Assembly (NCBI GenBank): GCA_965645245.1
Contig: OZ287076.1
Coordinates: forward strand, 1,364,001-1,428,000
Length of the DNA: 64,000 bases
Reading direction: 5' to 3'
Origin: Massalongia carnosa
Taxonomy: Eukaryota
The translations under genes and the position numbers were made by a program. The first letter of the stretch is position 1. Every line of letters starts with the position of its first letter. This document shows, one piece after another, positions 39,301 through 51,850 of this stretch. The notes beneath the pieces were generated by a model. The model was not told the DNA's origin. It made no database searches and saw only the letters and a program-made list of their open reading frames with translations.

Positions 39301-39490
39301 GCGCGCTTTATCACGTCGGTCGCGTGTGACCAGCAGAAAAACTCTGCTGGAGCTTGCTAGAGCTCTCCTACACTCAATCTGAGAGCGTTTTCGCTCTGGA
39401 GAAGCTCAAATGACTGAGAAATAGAGGCTCAATTGACTGTTATAGTCATAGTTTATCAAAAGTTTCGGTACTTTTGTTTCTTGTTATTAT
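36379..39490 (-). mobile_element. LINE-B copy 2, 5' part (5' UTR, decayed ORF1, endonuclease N-terminus)
   Basis: ICGDFNAH, QCINCQKSGH; UTR nearly the same as 49540-50394. Confidence 0.9.
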
Positions 39491-39990
39491 TGTTTATAGA
39501 GCTTGGTCTGCGGACTAAGTAATGTGCCTTTTGGTCGGGAAGGACAGGTGGCGCAATGGTAGAAATCTATTCACTATCTCGCTTCGTCACACTGCTTTGA
39601 AGTAACGTACGATACTTAGACCTGGCGACCGTTTATCCTGTGATACAATGTTGTTTTCGTTACCGCATGAAGTCAAGCAGCTTACATAATAGACAACGAC
39701 CCTTCTGCCTTCTCATAGACCTTAACTGCCTATTTTAAACGTTCTCTAACCTCGTCTTTCAAGGTAGTACGCAATCTCGATTTTGTAACTCGAAACTGCC
39801 GGGAAGAAGCAATTTCAGCGGTGTAATTATCGATTATCAGCTATTATAATAATTATAATACCCTTTACCTTATTAAATCAGTTTTAGGGTTTATTCAATA
39901 AGTTGAAGAAGAGATAATGGTTGAAAGTAAGTATCGTGGTTTTGTTAGTTCCGAATAAGCGGGTGTTCCGATTACAGGTAAATTACGTTA

Positions 39991-41563
39991 TTCTCTACTT
40001 GTTCTACAATGCGGACCTTTTAGAAATATGCGAGAGACCCGGCACAAACACGAGCGCGCTAGGATTTGTAGACGACGTAAATGTGTTGGCATACGGCAAG
40101 AGCACGGAAGAAAACTGCAGAACCCTCGAAAGAATTCACAGAAAATGCGAACTATGGGCGGCACGCCACGGGTCCGTACTTGCACCGGATAAATATGAGC
40201 TCATTTATTTGGCCAGAAATCCGAAGAAATTCGACATGTCGGCTACTATTCAAATAGAAAACAACCTAATAGAACCGAAAACGGACATACGAGTTCTGGG
40301 CCTCCAAATCGACACCAAATCGAAATAGGGAGCCCACATTCGGAAAACACAGGAAAAAATGACGTCGAAGTCGCTGGCGCTCACAAAAATTTCGACATCC
40401 ACCTGGGGAGCTTCTTTCGCGAAGGCCCGTCAGGTTTACACCGCCGTCGTTCACCCGGCAATGACTTATGGAAGCACCGTGTGGCACACACCCAGGGAAA
40501 TCAAGAAAAACAAGGCCACGACGTCTAAACTCAGCGTCATGCAGAAGAAATGCTTACGCACCGTGACAGGGGCGTTCAAGGCAACACCCGTCGAAGTTCT
40601 CGAAGCGGAAACGTTCATCGCCCCCATGGAGTTGCATCTGGACAATCTACAGATAAAAGCAAGGTATCGTCTACGGGCCGCAAGGCAGGCGAAACTCATT
40701 TCCAAAAGCCTGCAACACAATAGCGAACAAGCTACGGGGTAAGGCAGGACGCAAAAGAACGCAGCACATCACCCCAGGAAAGTTGAAATACGAATAGACC
40801 AGCAAAATATTGAATAAGGAGGCACCAGTCACAATGCCCCCATCGCCCCCGCCCTGGTCTACACCCGACCCGGCGCACCTCGAAAAATGCACCACGACAC
40901 GCCATACTATAGAGAAACACATAAAGGCCACAACAGAACACATCAAGGAACGCTGGGACTCCAAATAGAAGACGTACCAGAACCGCATTCCCCGCCCGAC
41001 AGAGGCACAGTTGGGATCACTCAGTAGGACGAGACTGAAGATTCACAACAACCTGATGAAAGCGGAAAGCGCGCTAACTACGCAAATATGTACCGAAAAA
41101 ATAGGCTTGGCAAACTTCCTGTTCAATCGTCAGGTACCGGGCGTTATGACCCCGGCCTGCTCGTGCGGATGGCAGAAGCAGACAGCCAAACACATCATTC
41201 TACATTGCAGGCTAATCGACGGCAGATACGATGTGCTAAAACAAATAGGCACTAACGACTATCGAACGATCATGATCTCGTCAAACATGTTGAAATAACT
41301 TACCACATGGATAATAAAAGCAAATTTGCTGACCCAATTTTCACAAGCATCGCAACTGTTATACGAGTGATAACTCTCATTTTGTCAAGGATTTCACAGA
41401 AAATCGAGCGAAGAATGCAGTCCAGAGACAGAACACGTTTGGGATAATGGCGTAGTCTGCATGGTTTCTATCCCTTTAAAAGGTTTTCCCTGTAGGAATA
41501 AGTAGATAGCCCGCATGGGCCGGCCTTCGGCCGGTGTCAGATCGGTACAGAATCAATCATTAT
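39991..41563 (+). mobile_element. LINE-A copy 1, 3' part
   Basis: Resumes ILYLFYNADLL...FVDD exactly after the pogo TIR; zinc finger; AATC-type tail; TSD. Confidence 0.92.
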
Positions 41564-41574
41564 CAATCAAAGGC

Positions 41575-42340
41575 AGTTTTGACTATGATTTCGATATCTT
41601 TGCAATTCTGTTTTGCAGTTTGTTTTCGACATATATTGCAACATCGTCAATAAAACTAGGGGAATGTGCTTTGAATTTCATTCGTATTTTCGGAAACAAG
41701 TGACGAATGTAAATCAGAAATAGAATAGGCGAGATTGGTGAGCCTTGTGAAATTCCTGATTCGACATAATATGTTTTGCTTTTATTTTCATCGAATATCA
41801 AATTGATCGATCGTTTTGTCATGAAATGCTTGACCCAATGAATTATTATGCGAGATAATTTCGGCTTTTTCATGACATTTAGCAGTTGATTAATCGAGAC
41901 AAAGTCAAATGCGCCTTTGACATCGAGTAATAAATATTATAAGACGTTTTTATTTCTATTTGCAATTTCAATATCATGAACAACGTTCATTACTGCGTCA
42001 ATTGCAGAATGATTTTTGCGTCCGCTACTCTGTTCGATATCTAGTAAATTCGAATTTTCGCCGAAGTAGGCTAGTGGATTTGAAACGATTTTCTCAGCAA
42101 TTTTACAAAGACAATTTAGTAATGTGATAATTCGATATGATTTTGGTATCGAATAGTCTGATTTATTATGTTTTTTTCAGAACTGCACCGAGTCCTGTCC
42201 GCCAGCATAACAGGTGATAACCGATTCGAATAAATTTCGAATAAATCATGAAAAACACGTTTTTCAACGATTGAAACGATTTTTAAACAATTGTAAAATT
42301 GATTGCATCAGGTCCACATGCTTTCTTCGGATTAAATAAA
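41575..42340 (-). pseudogene. LINE-B host copy 1, RT core fragment
   Basis: GISQGSPISPILF and FIDD; collinear with 18616 after the TSD. Confidence 0.88.
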
Positions 42341-42778
42341 GGGTAGGGATACGGGCACACCCTATTGATCAGGTGATTCGCGATCTTAAGAAGGGGGTAA
42401 TATCACGGTTCAACCACATCTACCCAATGCCATTCAAAGGAAAGTGCGGCATCTGCCGACGCACTAACCGCTTCCGTTACTCAACCCTTTTAGCAATCAG
42501 AGGGGCAATCAACGGAGGTCTGAAAGGACTGAAAGGGACGCATTAGAACGACCTTCTAAAGCAAACATTAATAGATAAAAGGGACAAAGGATAGAAAGAC
42601 TGTTTGACCAAACTGTCACTTACTGATGAAGACACAAGCAGTTGGATCGGGCCAAGCGTTTATCTATATAGACTCTTAGAGAGGGCACCCTTTGCTTGTT
42701 TCCTTCTGCATCTTTGATATTTCTAGTGCATAGCTTCCCAGTAGATAGACAATTCCATATCCTGGTAGAACCGTCACA
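42341..42778 (+). mobile_element. Truncated LTR-retrotransposon 3' end: PPT plus ~378-bp LTR (42401-42778)
   Basis: AAGAAGGGGGTAA followed by TATCACGGTTC...GAACCGTCACA imperfect terminal inverted repeats; no partner LTR in the window. Confidence 0.65.
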
Positions 42779-42870
42779 CGTTGCATCGATTCGTGCATTT
42801 TGACGAATTATAATCTTTCAATCGATGTAGATATGATCGAAAATAACCGTGTCCGAATTTCAGCTGCATA

Positions 42871-43884
42871 CACCCGTTTGCAAAATGGTGTGCCGAACTT
42901 TTAACCCCGAAACTGCGCGGTAAAAAAAAAAATATGCGACAGAATTGGACCACACATCAGAATTTGGTGCAGTAGCTAATGGCCCTCCTCCCTTTCACAC
43001 CACCTTTTGCAGTCTGTAGGATAAATGATATGTAGTGTTCTCATGTAGATCTTTATTCTTGCTACCTCGTAGTTTCAAAAGCAAACATGGGACGATCATT
43101 CAGCATTATCAAACGCCAGGCTATAAAGTTCAGACTGGAATCGGGTGAAGATGCTACTGGTGTCAGCAGCAGACAACTACGTAAGATGAGACATAATTGG
43201 GAACATTTCAGTGAGGTTGCAAAACCTCAGCTTGCTACTGGCCAGCGCAAGAAAATGAATCAACAACAAATCGATCAACTACTCGTGTATCTAGATCAGA
43301 GACCTACCTCTTATTTGGACGAGATGTGCTGGTTTTTGTATGATGAATTCGATGTCTTGGTGAGCGAGTCTACGGTTTCTCGAACTCTTAAGCAGATGGC
43401 CTGGAATCGAAAGATAGCCATTCGTATAGCACAACAACGCAACCAATCTTTGCGTGGTAAAGGTAGACGTGATGAAAGATCAAGAATACGGGCATTTAAA
43501 ACTGGTGATGATGATCTAGGAGGATTGATCCTAAGCATTTGTTTAAATGAAGGTGCTGAGTTCCTAGGTAATTCAGTAGTAGATGCCCGTTTTCATGATT
43601 GTTTGGAGGGCTGTTTGGGGGGCTGTTTTGAAGGCTGTTTAGGAGGCTGTTTTCGAGGCATGATGGCTGGAATAACTACGTTGAAAGTTCATATAAACGA
43701 CAATCAAAAGGATATCATTAACCGTACTATCCTATAGACTGCAAAGGGCAGTGTGAAGGGGAGGAAGGCTATTAACTACTGCACCAAATTCTGGTGTGTG
43801 GTCCAATTCTGTCGCTTATTTTTTATTTATTTTACCGCGCAGTTTCGGGGTTCAAAGTTCGGCACACCATTTTGCAAACGGGTG
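42871..43884 (+). mobile_element. Tc1/IS630-like DNA transposon, internally deleted
   Basis: TIRs of ~155 bp starting CACCCGTTTGCAAAATGGTGTGCCGAACTT; TA TSD; transposase N-terminal HTH (SYLDEMCWFLYDEFDVLVSESTVSRTLK) at 43087-~43460; no DDE domain. Confidence 0.9.
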
Positions 43885-43965
43885 TAATGTAGTAAAGATC
43901 AATTTCAAACAATTGTTTGACCAACGACAAAAGCTCGATTTGCCAGGTTTCATTTCGAATTTCTC

Positions 43966-46900
43966 ACCAGATACGGAGGACGCGGTGAACATTTAACTCG
44001 AAAACACATTCGTGATCGCGCACGCGGAGCAGAGAGATCAGCTGCTGTACAAGATAGATGATTATCTGATAGGTATAGGAGACGGAGTGGAACCGGAGGG
44101 AACAGGGATTCTAGAGGAGGTGAAATTTTTTCTCGATAATCAGAGAAGCATCGACAACGACAACGAAAACATACCGAAGTCTATTCACGATACCCTGACT
44201 GAAATACAAAGAAGTCTAGCCCGTAACGAAAGTGCTAACACAGCCACAACAACGACAAACAGCTATTCCGCAGCCGCCACCAGAGGTCAAGCCTCCGAGG
44301 CCCCCTCGATTCCCCGCCGCACCAAGCCAATCACTTCTTCAAAACAAACCGAACCCCCACCACAACAAGTTCGTCAGGCCAGAGCAATGACCGTAGTCAT
44401 TTCCAGCGCAAGCGACAAGGAAAAAATAAAGAACATGCCCATAAAAGATCTCGTGGAGACACTACAAGCAGAAACGGAGGGGATTCGGGGAGTATCGCGA
44501 CTTATTAGCGGAGATCTCAAAATTCACACTGAATTACTAGAAGTCAAAAAGACTCTACAAGAAAAGTTGGAATGGACCCGAAAAATAGCCGACTCAGCGG
44601 CGATTAAGACACGGACATACTCGGTCAGAGTAAATGGTGTCAAGATAGAACACATCAAAACCGCCAACCAATCGCAGGCTATAGAGTACCTGAAGACCGC
44701 TAACGCACGCCTGCACCCAGACCTGCAGATAAAGAATATAGCCTGGTCTACCAGGGCTATAAGGGAAAAGAAGGCGTTCTCCACGCTACATATGGAAGTC
44801 GCCACCGCCGAAACGGCCAATCGGGTCATAGCCGAGGGTCTCATAATCGACTATGAAATCAAAGACTGTGAAAGATTCACAAAGGGATGCACCATGACGC
44901 AATGTTTTAATTGTCACAAATATAGTCATATAGGTCGATCATGTCCCAACCCCACCGCCTTCGGTCATTGTGCTGGGGCTCATCCTAGCACCGAATGCAA
45001 TATGGAAACAACAGATAGATATTAAAGATGTGCGGCATACAGTGAAAAGGGACACGAAGCCTGGTCAACATCCTGCGAAATCAGGAAAGTCGAAAAACGC
45101 AAAGCAGAAAGGGCCATGTAAAAACGGGTCCCATTCTACCCAGTAGTCGCCCCCATACCGGCCCCGTTTAGGTTCCAGAGCGAAAACATCAACCCGGTCC
45201 TTGGCAGCACAAACAGCAAAAAGAGAAAAACCGCGCCCCCCTCCCCCTCCGATACCCCCTCGATTCCCCCACGAACGGGAACATCCTAGGCTGACACGGG
45301 CATCATCAATCCAGAAACATGGCAAAGGCCCTTGCAAAACCAGTTGTAGTTAGACCCCTACTCAGAGCCCGAGCTGTATCTACTGCCCCGGCGATAATCA
45401 GAGCAAACAACACTACCAACGACCCCTCGACCTCCCAGGCCGATTTAATGGACGTCCTATGAGGGACACGGAATCTCTCTCTATATTGCGGTACAATGTC
45501 AGAAATGACAGAGTGAGTACAATGTTACCTCTCTTAGCCGATCAGAACACTCAAGACTATGACATTATCGCAACTCAGGAACCCTGGCGCAATCCATCTA
45601 TTCCTATCACGTTAAGCTCTCATCAAAGTAGGTTTCATTTATTGTATCGCCTAAATGGAGACACCAGAGTGTGTTTCTACATAAATGATACTATTGACCC
45701 TGATAGCTGAGAAGTAGAGTACCTGTCGGCCGACATGTGCACCCTAAAATTTCGAATGAAAATTTGAAACACATCAGACGTGATCTACATCCACAATGTG
45801 TATAATCCCTCTCCCATTTCCTATTCTTCTATAGACAGTCCGTCCACGCTAACAATAGTAAAAGGCCAATTGATTGCAGAGACAAAACACATTTTACTGG
45901 GCGACTTCAACCTACATTATCTATTGTGGAATCATTCGTCGAGGCCTACTCAACATGCGGAGTCGGAAAAATTACTGAACATAATTGAAGAGGCAAATCT
46001 ATCACTTACAATTCCAAAAGGCACCATTATATCGGAGGCTAGAAAATCGTCTAGCACAATCGATCTTGTATTCATATCAGAAGAATTAACGGATAGAATA
46101 TAACATTGCATGTCAAGACCAGAACACAATCAGTCGTCCGATCACATTCCGATCTCCACCCGAATTGCGCTGAACAGTGAGGTTCAAACAATCAGAGAAC
46201 GCAGGGCCTGGAAACTGACAAACATGAGAAAATTGAGAGAAGCGGAAAAGAGGGCGCCCCCTCCCGAAGATACTCCGATCCCGCCGAAATCGATGCTTAC
46301 ACCGTGTCAATTCAAAAATTTCTTCAAGAAGTGATAGAAACCTCTGTACCTTGGGCTAGACCCAGTAAGTACGCCAAACCCGTTTGGAATGATGAATGCA
46401 GCGTGATCACGAAAGAAACTCGTAGGCTCAGACGTTTCTGGTCCAAATCCAGAGACATTTCTGATTAAATAACATACACAAAATCCAAATCCAGAAAACA
46501 AAAAATCATTCAAAAGGATAAAAGATTGTCGTTCCGCAAGGAAATAGAAAAAGCCACCGAATCGCCAACTGGTCTCCGGCGACTATCCAAAAAAATAGCA
46601 AATAAACATCGAGGTCGGGCAGGACGCAAGAGGGCCCCAGTCATCACTTCAGGAACGCTGAGATACGCCTGGGCTAGGAGAATCACATCGGAGGCACATA
46701 ACCCTCCAACACCGACACCAAATCCACCATGGGCCGAATCCACCCCGAATCTCACCCGAGAAATAGAGGAGGCACGCGCCGCTCATAAAAAAATAACTGC
46801 TCAAATAAAAATAATACACAGAGTTGCATGGCAGGCCTCGTGGAGATTATATCAGGAACGCACACCCGTTCAAACCCCGGCACAATCAGGTTCACTCTCC

Positions 46901-47471
46901 AAAAAACGCATCAAATTGAACGAAACTCTAGCTAAAGTGGAGAGCGCGCTAGCCATTCAGATACCCTCAGAAAAGATAGGCCTAGCCGCCTTCCTATATA
47001 GACACCGAGTCCCAGACGTCTGATCCCCAAACTGCTCATGTGGCTGGCACAAATAGACTGCAAAACATGTGATCATGTTTTGCAAACTCAACGACAACAG
47101 AAAAACTCTGATTAATACGATAAGCAAAAAAAACTATCGATTAATCACTGAGTCATCTAAAGTAATGAAATTAGTCACAAAGTGGCTAATTAAGACAGGT
47201 TTGTTTGTCACAATTTTCGCTGACAGCACAGCATCTACACTGCTAACAGTAGGCATGCTTTGATTCATTTTTCATACTTGTTTTAGATCAAAGGTTTTTT
47301 CATGGAGCACACGGCTGGGACCCGGAGGGTCCTCGACCGGACACAGGATTGCATTGTTTTTCTTCCTCAAAAGGTTTTCTATGTACTATAAAACTAGATA
47401 GACTCACTTACATGGGCCAGCCTTCGGCCGGTACCACATCGGAATAAGAATCATTATCATCATCATCATCA
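43966..47471 (+). mobile_element. LINE-A-related element, 5'-truncated, RT deleted
   Basis: ORF1 44012-45025 with CFNCHKYSH; endonuclease fragments; jump from the linker to the post-RT region at ~46590; (ATC)n tail; 16-bp TSD TCATTTCGAATTTCTC at 43950-43965 and 47472-47487. Confidence 0.92.
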
Positions 47472-48975
47472 TCATTTCGAATTTCTCGTAATATTTGCCT
47501 TTTGACCTGCATCGTCGCCATTGATTCGTCTATTTGTTTAGCGTATTTTGATGAATTTGACTTTTCAAATAGTCGAATGTGATCGCCGAGGACTCCGAAA
47601 GGATTTTACTGTGTCCCGCTTTCGCCGTTTTATCAACAATTTCGTTTGCGATAATTTTCGAATGAATAGGAAGGAGGAATCCATTGCAGAATTATTTGAT
47701 ACTTCTTTTCGACTAAACATTTTGCAATCTTTCGAATTTGGTTCGCGTAAATATGATTTGTCAAATGATGACTTTCGTTTATCGCGTTTAAACTATCGGA
47801 AAAAATCCATATTTTTTTATCTAAATTCGATAATATATTCGCGTTCGTCAAATTGTATGCCCATTTGACTGCTTGTAAAATCGCATGCAGTTCAGCATTT
47901 TTAATGTTGGACTTTTTGCTCAATTTTCAGCTTTTCGAAATTGTATGATGTTTTTTAATAAAGCAATCTTTTCGATAAAGTGATCGAAATCATCCTTAAA
48001 ATTGTTCCATTTTCGCATAATTGGTGCAAATGTGACAGCAGAAGTTGTAAATTCGACGTTTGATCTATCCGTATAAAGTAATATTCGTGATATATCGGAA
48101 TTCATAGATTGAATTTTTGACAAAGTCGAATAATAACTTGATTTTGCTGTTTCTATTGACTTTTCAATTTGATATTCGATTTTACACGACGAATTAAATA
48201 GTTTTATAAAGTAATTTGATTGTTTGAATTCATCAGTTTTGTGAACTATGTCAGAAACGGAGTGCAAAACGTGAAAAAGCTGACTAGGATTTCGTTTATT
48301 TGTTTGTTTTTCGTCTTCGTTCTATTTGGCATATTTGCTGTTCCATAAGCTAGTATGAAAACCGATGTTTTCGAATTTCAACGAATATGTGTTTGGAATT
48401 CTTTGACAAATAGGATTATTTTCGGCAATCTTCAATAATCGAATAGCATACTTTTGATTTTTCATCAATAATCGTACGTAGTATTACCGGTAAAACATGT
48501 GATTCAATTTCCATCGCCTGAAGAGGTGTAGTTTTGAATGTTCCTAAAATCTTTCGAATAATCCGATTTTGCAAATTCTGAAATAGTTTTTCATATTTCT
48601 TTTGACCATCGTACCAAATTTCTAAACCATAATGCGAAATAGGAACGATGCATGACAAGTAAGGCTGTATGCAGTCAGTCTTAGACCCCACTCCGAGTTC
48701 ATCAAATTTTGAATCGCAAAGAACGACCGATTTGCAGATGAAATTCGAGTTTCGACGTGCTTTTTGTAATTCAGATTTCGATCTAGCCAGATTCCCGACC
48801 ATTTGATTACATTATTCGGTTCTAGTATGGTTCCGTTTGTTAATTGCAGTGTGTCTTTCGATGCATTTCTTGTATTTTCGAAGTGAATCAGTTCGGATTT
48901 ATCGTCATCTAATTTGAAATTATTCGATACGGCCCAATCAAATGATTTTTTAACTATGATTTCGATTTCTTTCCA

Positions 48976-49503
48976 TTTTTTTTTATATTTGTTCATTAAA
49001 TTTATTCAACCTAAAGTTATGACACTAAACTATTTTGGGATATGTTTCTATAATACAAATAAATCGATACTTTATAACCCATCTATGTATCGTCAATTTT
49101 CCCCCGTTTTTACTCCGTGTTAGTAATATCCTATAGTAATTGAAAAATTAGCGATTAACAATTTGTCCTTGTAAGTTCGTAAATGTTTCAGCATAATCAT
49201 ATCTGATTTTACTGTGCGATCTCTCCCCAACCTCCAGTTCCGAGAATTTCGTCATCAAGCTGTGCTAGTATCCATTTTCTAGTCGCGATTTTGTTATTGA
49301 CAATGAATTTAATCAAATTGTCATTTCCGATTTTTGTGTTAAACAACATATTCAAGTTGATCGTAGTATCAACATTTTGTTTCATGTGTTGAATTTCATC
49401 AAAATAGTGAATGCAATTCAATAACAAGTGTTCTGGCGTTTGTCGTTGATTGCATCAATTTGTTCATTTTGAGGAATTATAATCTTTCAATCGATGTAAA
49501 TAT
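48976..49503 (-). mobile_element. LINE-B 3'-end fragment
   Basis: T-rich tail, 3' UTR, GGWGEIAQ C-terminus. Confidence 0.88.
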
Positions 49504-51850
49504 AAGAAACGCGGAAAAACAAAAAGAAACACAAGTACCGCAACTTTTGATACACTATAACTTTAACAGTCAATTGAGCCTCTATTTCTCAGTCATTTGA
49601 GCTCCTCCATAGCGAAAACGCTCTCAGATTGAGTGTAGGAGAGCTCTAGCAAAGCTCCAGCAGAGTTTTTCTGCTGGTCGCACGCGACCGAATTGATAAA
49701 GCGCGCTCTAGAAGATGGAAAAAACAACAAATACCAACAACCTCACCAAAAATCGCTCTTTTTTCTTGTTTTCTTCTGTTCTGTAGTCGCATGACCTTCA
49801 ATTATTACTATAAAAATTATCTACAAAAAATATCTACTCTCGCGGGACTGTACAACAACTATCGCGACGTCAAAGTCTTCAAAAGTTCATTCCTAATTTA
49901 AGGTTACCGGAACTTCCGCAAGCACAAAATTTCATAGCATATTTCACGTATAATTTTTGCACATTCCATTTTCGGCTTTATCGATCTTCGTTGAACGGCT
50001 GGTCAACAGATCACTGAAAAGAAGGGGAAAAACGTCCGGAATAGGATTATACCAAAGGTCCTGTTTCAGATTAAGCAGAATAGGAAGTCTCCTATTGTCT
50101 TACATTGCATTAAAATTTATCTTTATTGAAAAAAGCAAAAAAACTTTCATTATTTTCACCTATTGTAGTGTTTGGTAAAGGGTTAAATCAGACTTACTGC
50201 CTTAGCGAGGAAAGGTCTATTTTAACCCGATTAGGATTTATATGACGCGTTATAGTCAAATAAATAGGGATAGGAAAGAAAGAGTCATTTGACCTGTAAA
50301 CAGGTGTAAATTCTATTCTAACTAGTACGTCCGGGGAAAGTCAGAATAAATTATTTGATGGCGATAAAAGGGATATTGCAAAGGCAAAAACACTATGCTC
50401 AATCAAAGATTTAACCCGATAGGTCATAGACCAAATCGATTGATACCAACAACTCCTCCACCAGGCCCCCCTCCACAACATCTATGGGTCCCCCCGAGTA
50501 CACCCCCGTGCCCCCCCCGAACCGACTCCCCCACGCAATCTTCGGTAGCGATAATTGGGAGCAACTCCCTAACCATAGAATCCACGGAGGCCATAGACCA
50601 AACGCGAGAATTTTCGTCCGCACCGTCCACACCCACCCCAAAAGCGAAATCTTTTGTCGCGCCATCTGGTGAATTAAGTACCAATCTGCCCATGCCATCA
50701 TTGAATTCTGATATTCGACTGAGTCCACCAATTAAACGCAACAAAAGACACATTTGACGAACATTCGATTGAAAGTCAAGAAGTCATCAATCGATCAAAA
50801 TCGATTCAACTATTGAATACGGCAAAAAATGCATTATTAGAGTCATTCGTAATAGATCAAAACCCCGAAACGGCTATGGTCATCGATCACGTCAATTCTC
50901 TACTGGCAAAGAAATCGATCAAGCCAAAAGCAACGTTAGAAATGATTGATTGGAAATTGAATAGGGTGCTAGAACAAACTAGCCAAATTCCAGAAACAAA
51001 GAGACAATCGGTGCATCCTGTACAGACAAAATCGAAGGGAAATTCAAATGGAAATTCGAATTTGACTAAAAACGTCAACCCAGAAATTCGGAGCGAAACC
51101 GCCGGAGTCCCAGGGCTGCAGGTCACCGATACAGCTAGAACATGGAGCCAAATGCTCGGAAAAGCGACTGTCAATTCCGAAAATTGGACTACCGTTCCTC
51201 GATCCAAAAAAACAAACAACAACAACAACAATAATTCGAATGCGAACAAATTCGATAATACTGACGATTTCAAGGCGATCAAATCTCGACGATTGATAAT
51301 CACACCAAAAGCTCAAATCGGTGATATCGATTCAATATTGGTTCGAAACCAAATCAATTCGCTTTTTAAAGACGCGAAATTGACTATCGTTGTTAACACG
51401 GTCGAAAAGTCCAAAACGGGTCAAAACATCGTTCTGACTACTAGTCCTGATAACACTGCTGAAGATTTATTGAACAATAAATCAATATGGGAGCATTTAT
51501 TCGCCCCACGAACAGTTCGAAAGGACGAATCGTGGTTCAAAGTTGTCGCACACTGTTGAAATAGGTATATGACTATGGCTATATGGCTATGATAAAAATG
51601 GTATGTATGACCGTGATGTTAAGGATGAAGAGTGCTGTTCAGCAGTCTTTGTCCCATAACTGGTCACCCTCTGCTAAGCGAGGTGATAAGATTATCTGAG
51701 CTGATCTTATCTAATCTCTAGGCTAAGCCTAATACGGCATCTACGGTTTCTGTAGGTGCTCTGTCCATCTTGGGCAGTCGTAGGTGCTATGTTCATTGAA
51801 CTGGTAGGTGTTCACTGTACTGGTAGGAGTTGAATATTCAACACCCCCCC

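Larger units (their letters stand above)
22270..39988 (-). mobile_element. Fot1/pogo-like DNA transposon relic (own sequence only ~22270-22650 and ~39492-39988)
   Basis: TIRs ACGTAATTTACC...TCGGAACACCCGCTTATTCGGAACTAACAAA at both ends; TA TSD at 22268-22269 and 39989-39990; minus-strand HTH-like remnant AVKVYE...SIM*AA*LHAVTKTTLYHRINGR near 39620-39760. Confidence 0.88.
42779..48975 (-). mobile_element. Decayed LINE-B copy (pieces 42779-42870, 43887-43965, 47488-48975) hosting a Tc1-like element and a LINE-A relative
   Basis: RT C-terminus and RNase H fragments (NAELHAILQA, IFSDS, IWLDRNLNY) are collinear across the insertions. Confidence 0.85.

Noticed and set aside
43087..43737. Complete 216-aa transposase with GCLGGCF repeats
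   Set aside because: There is no DDE domain; the C-terminal half is read-through into the antisense of a different segment.
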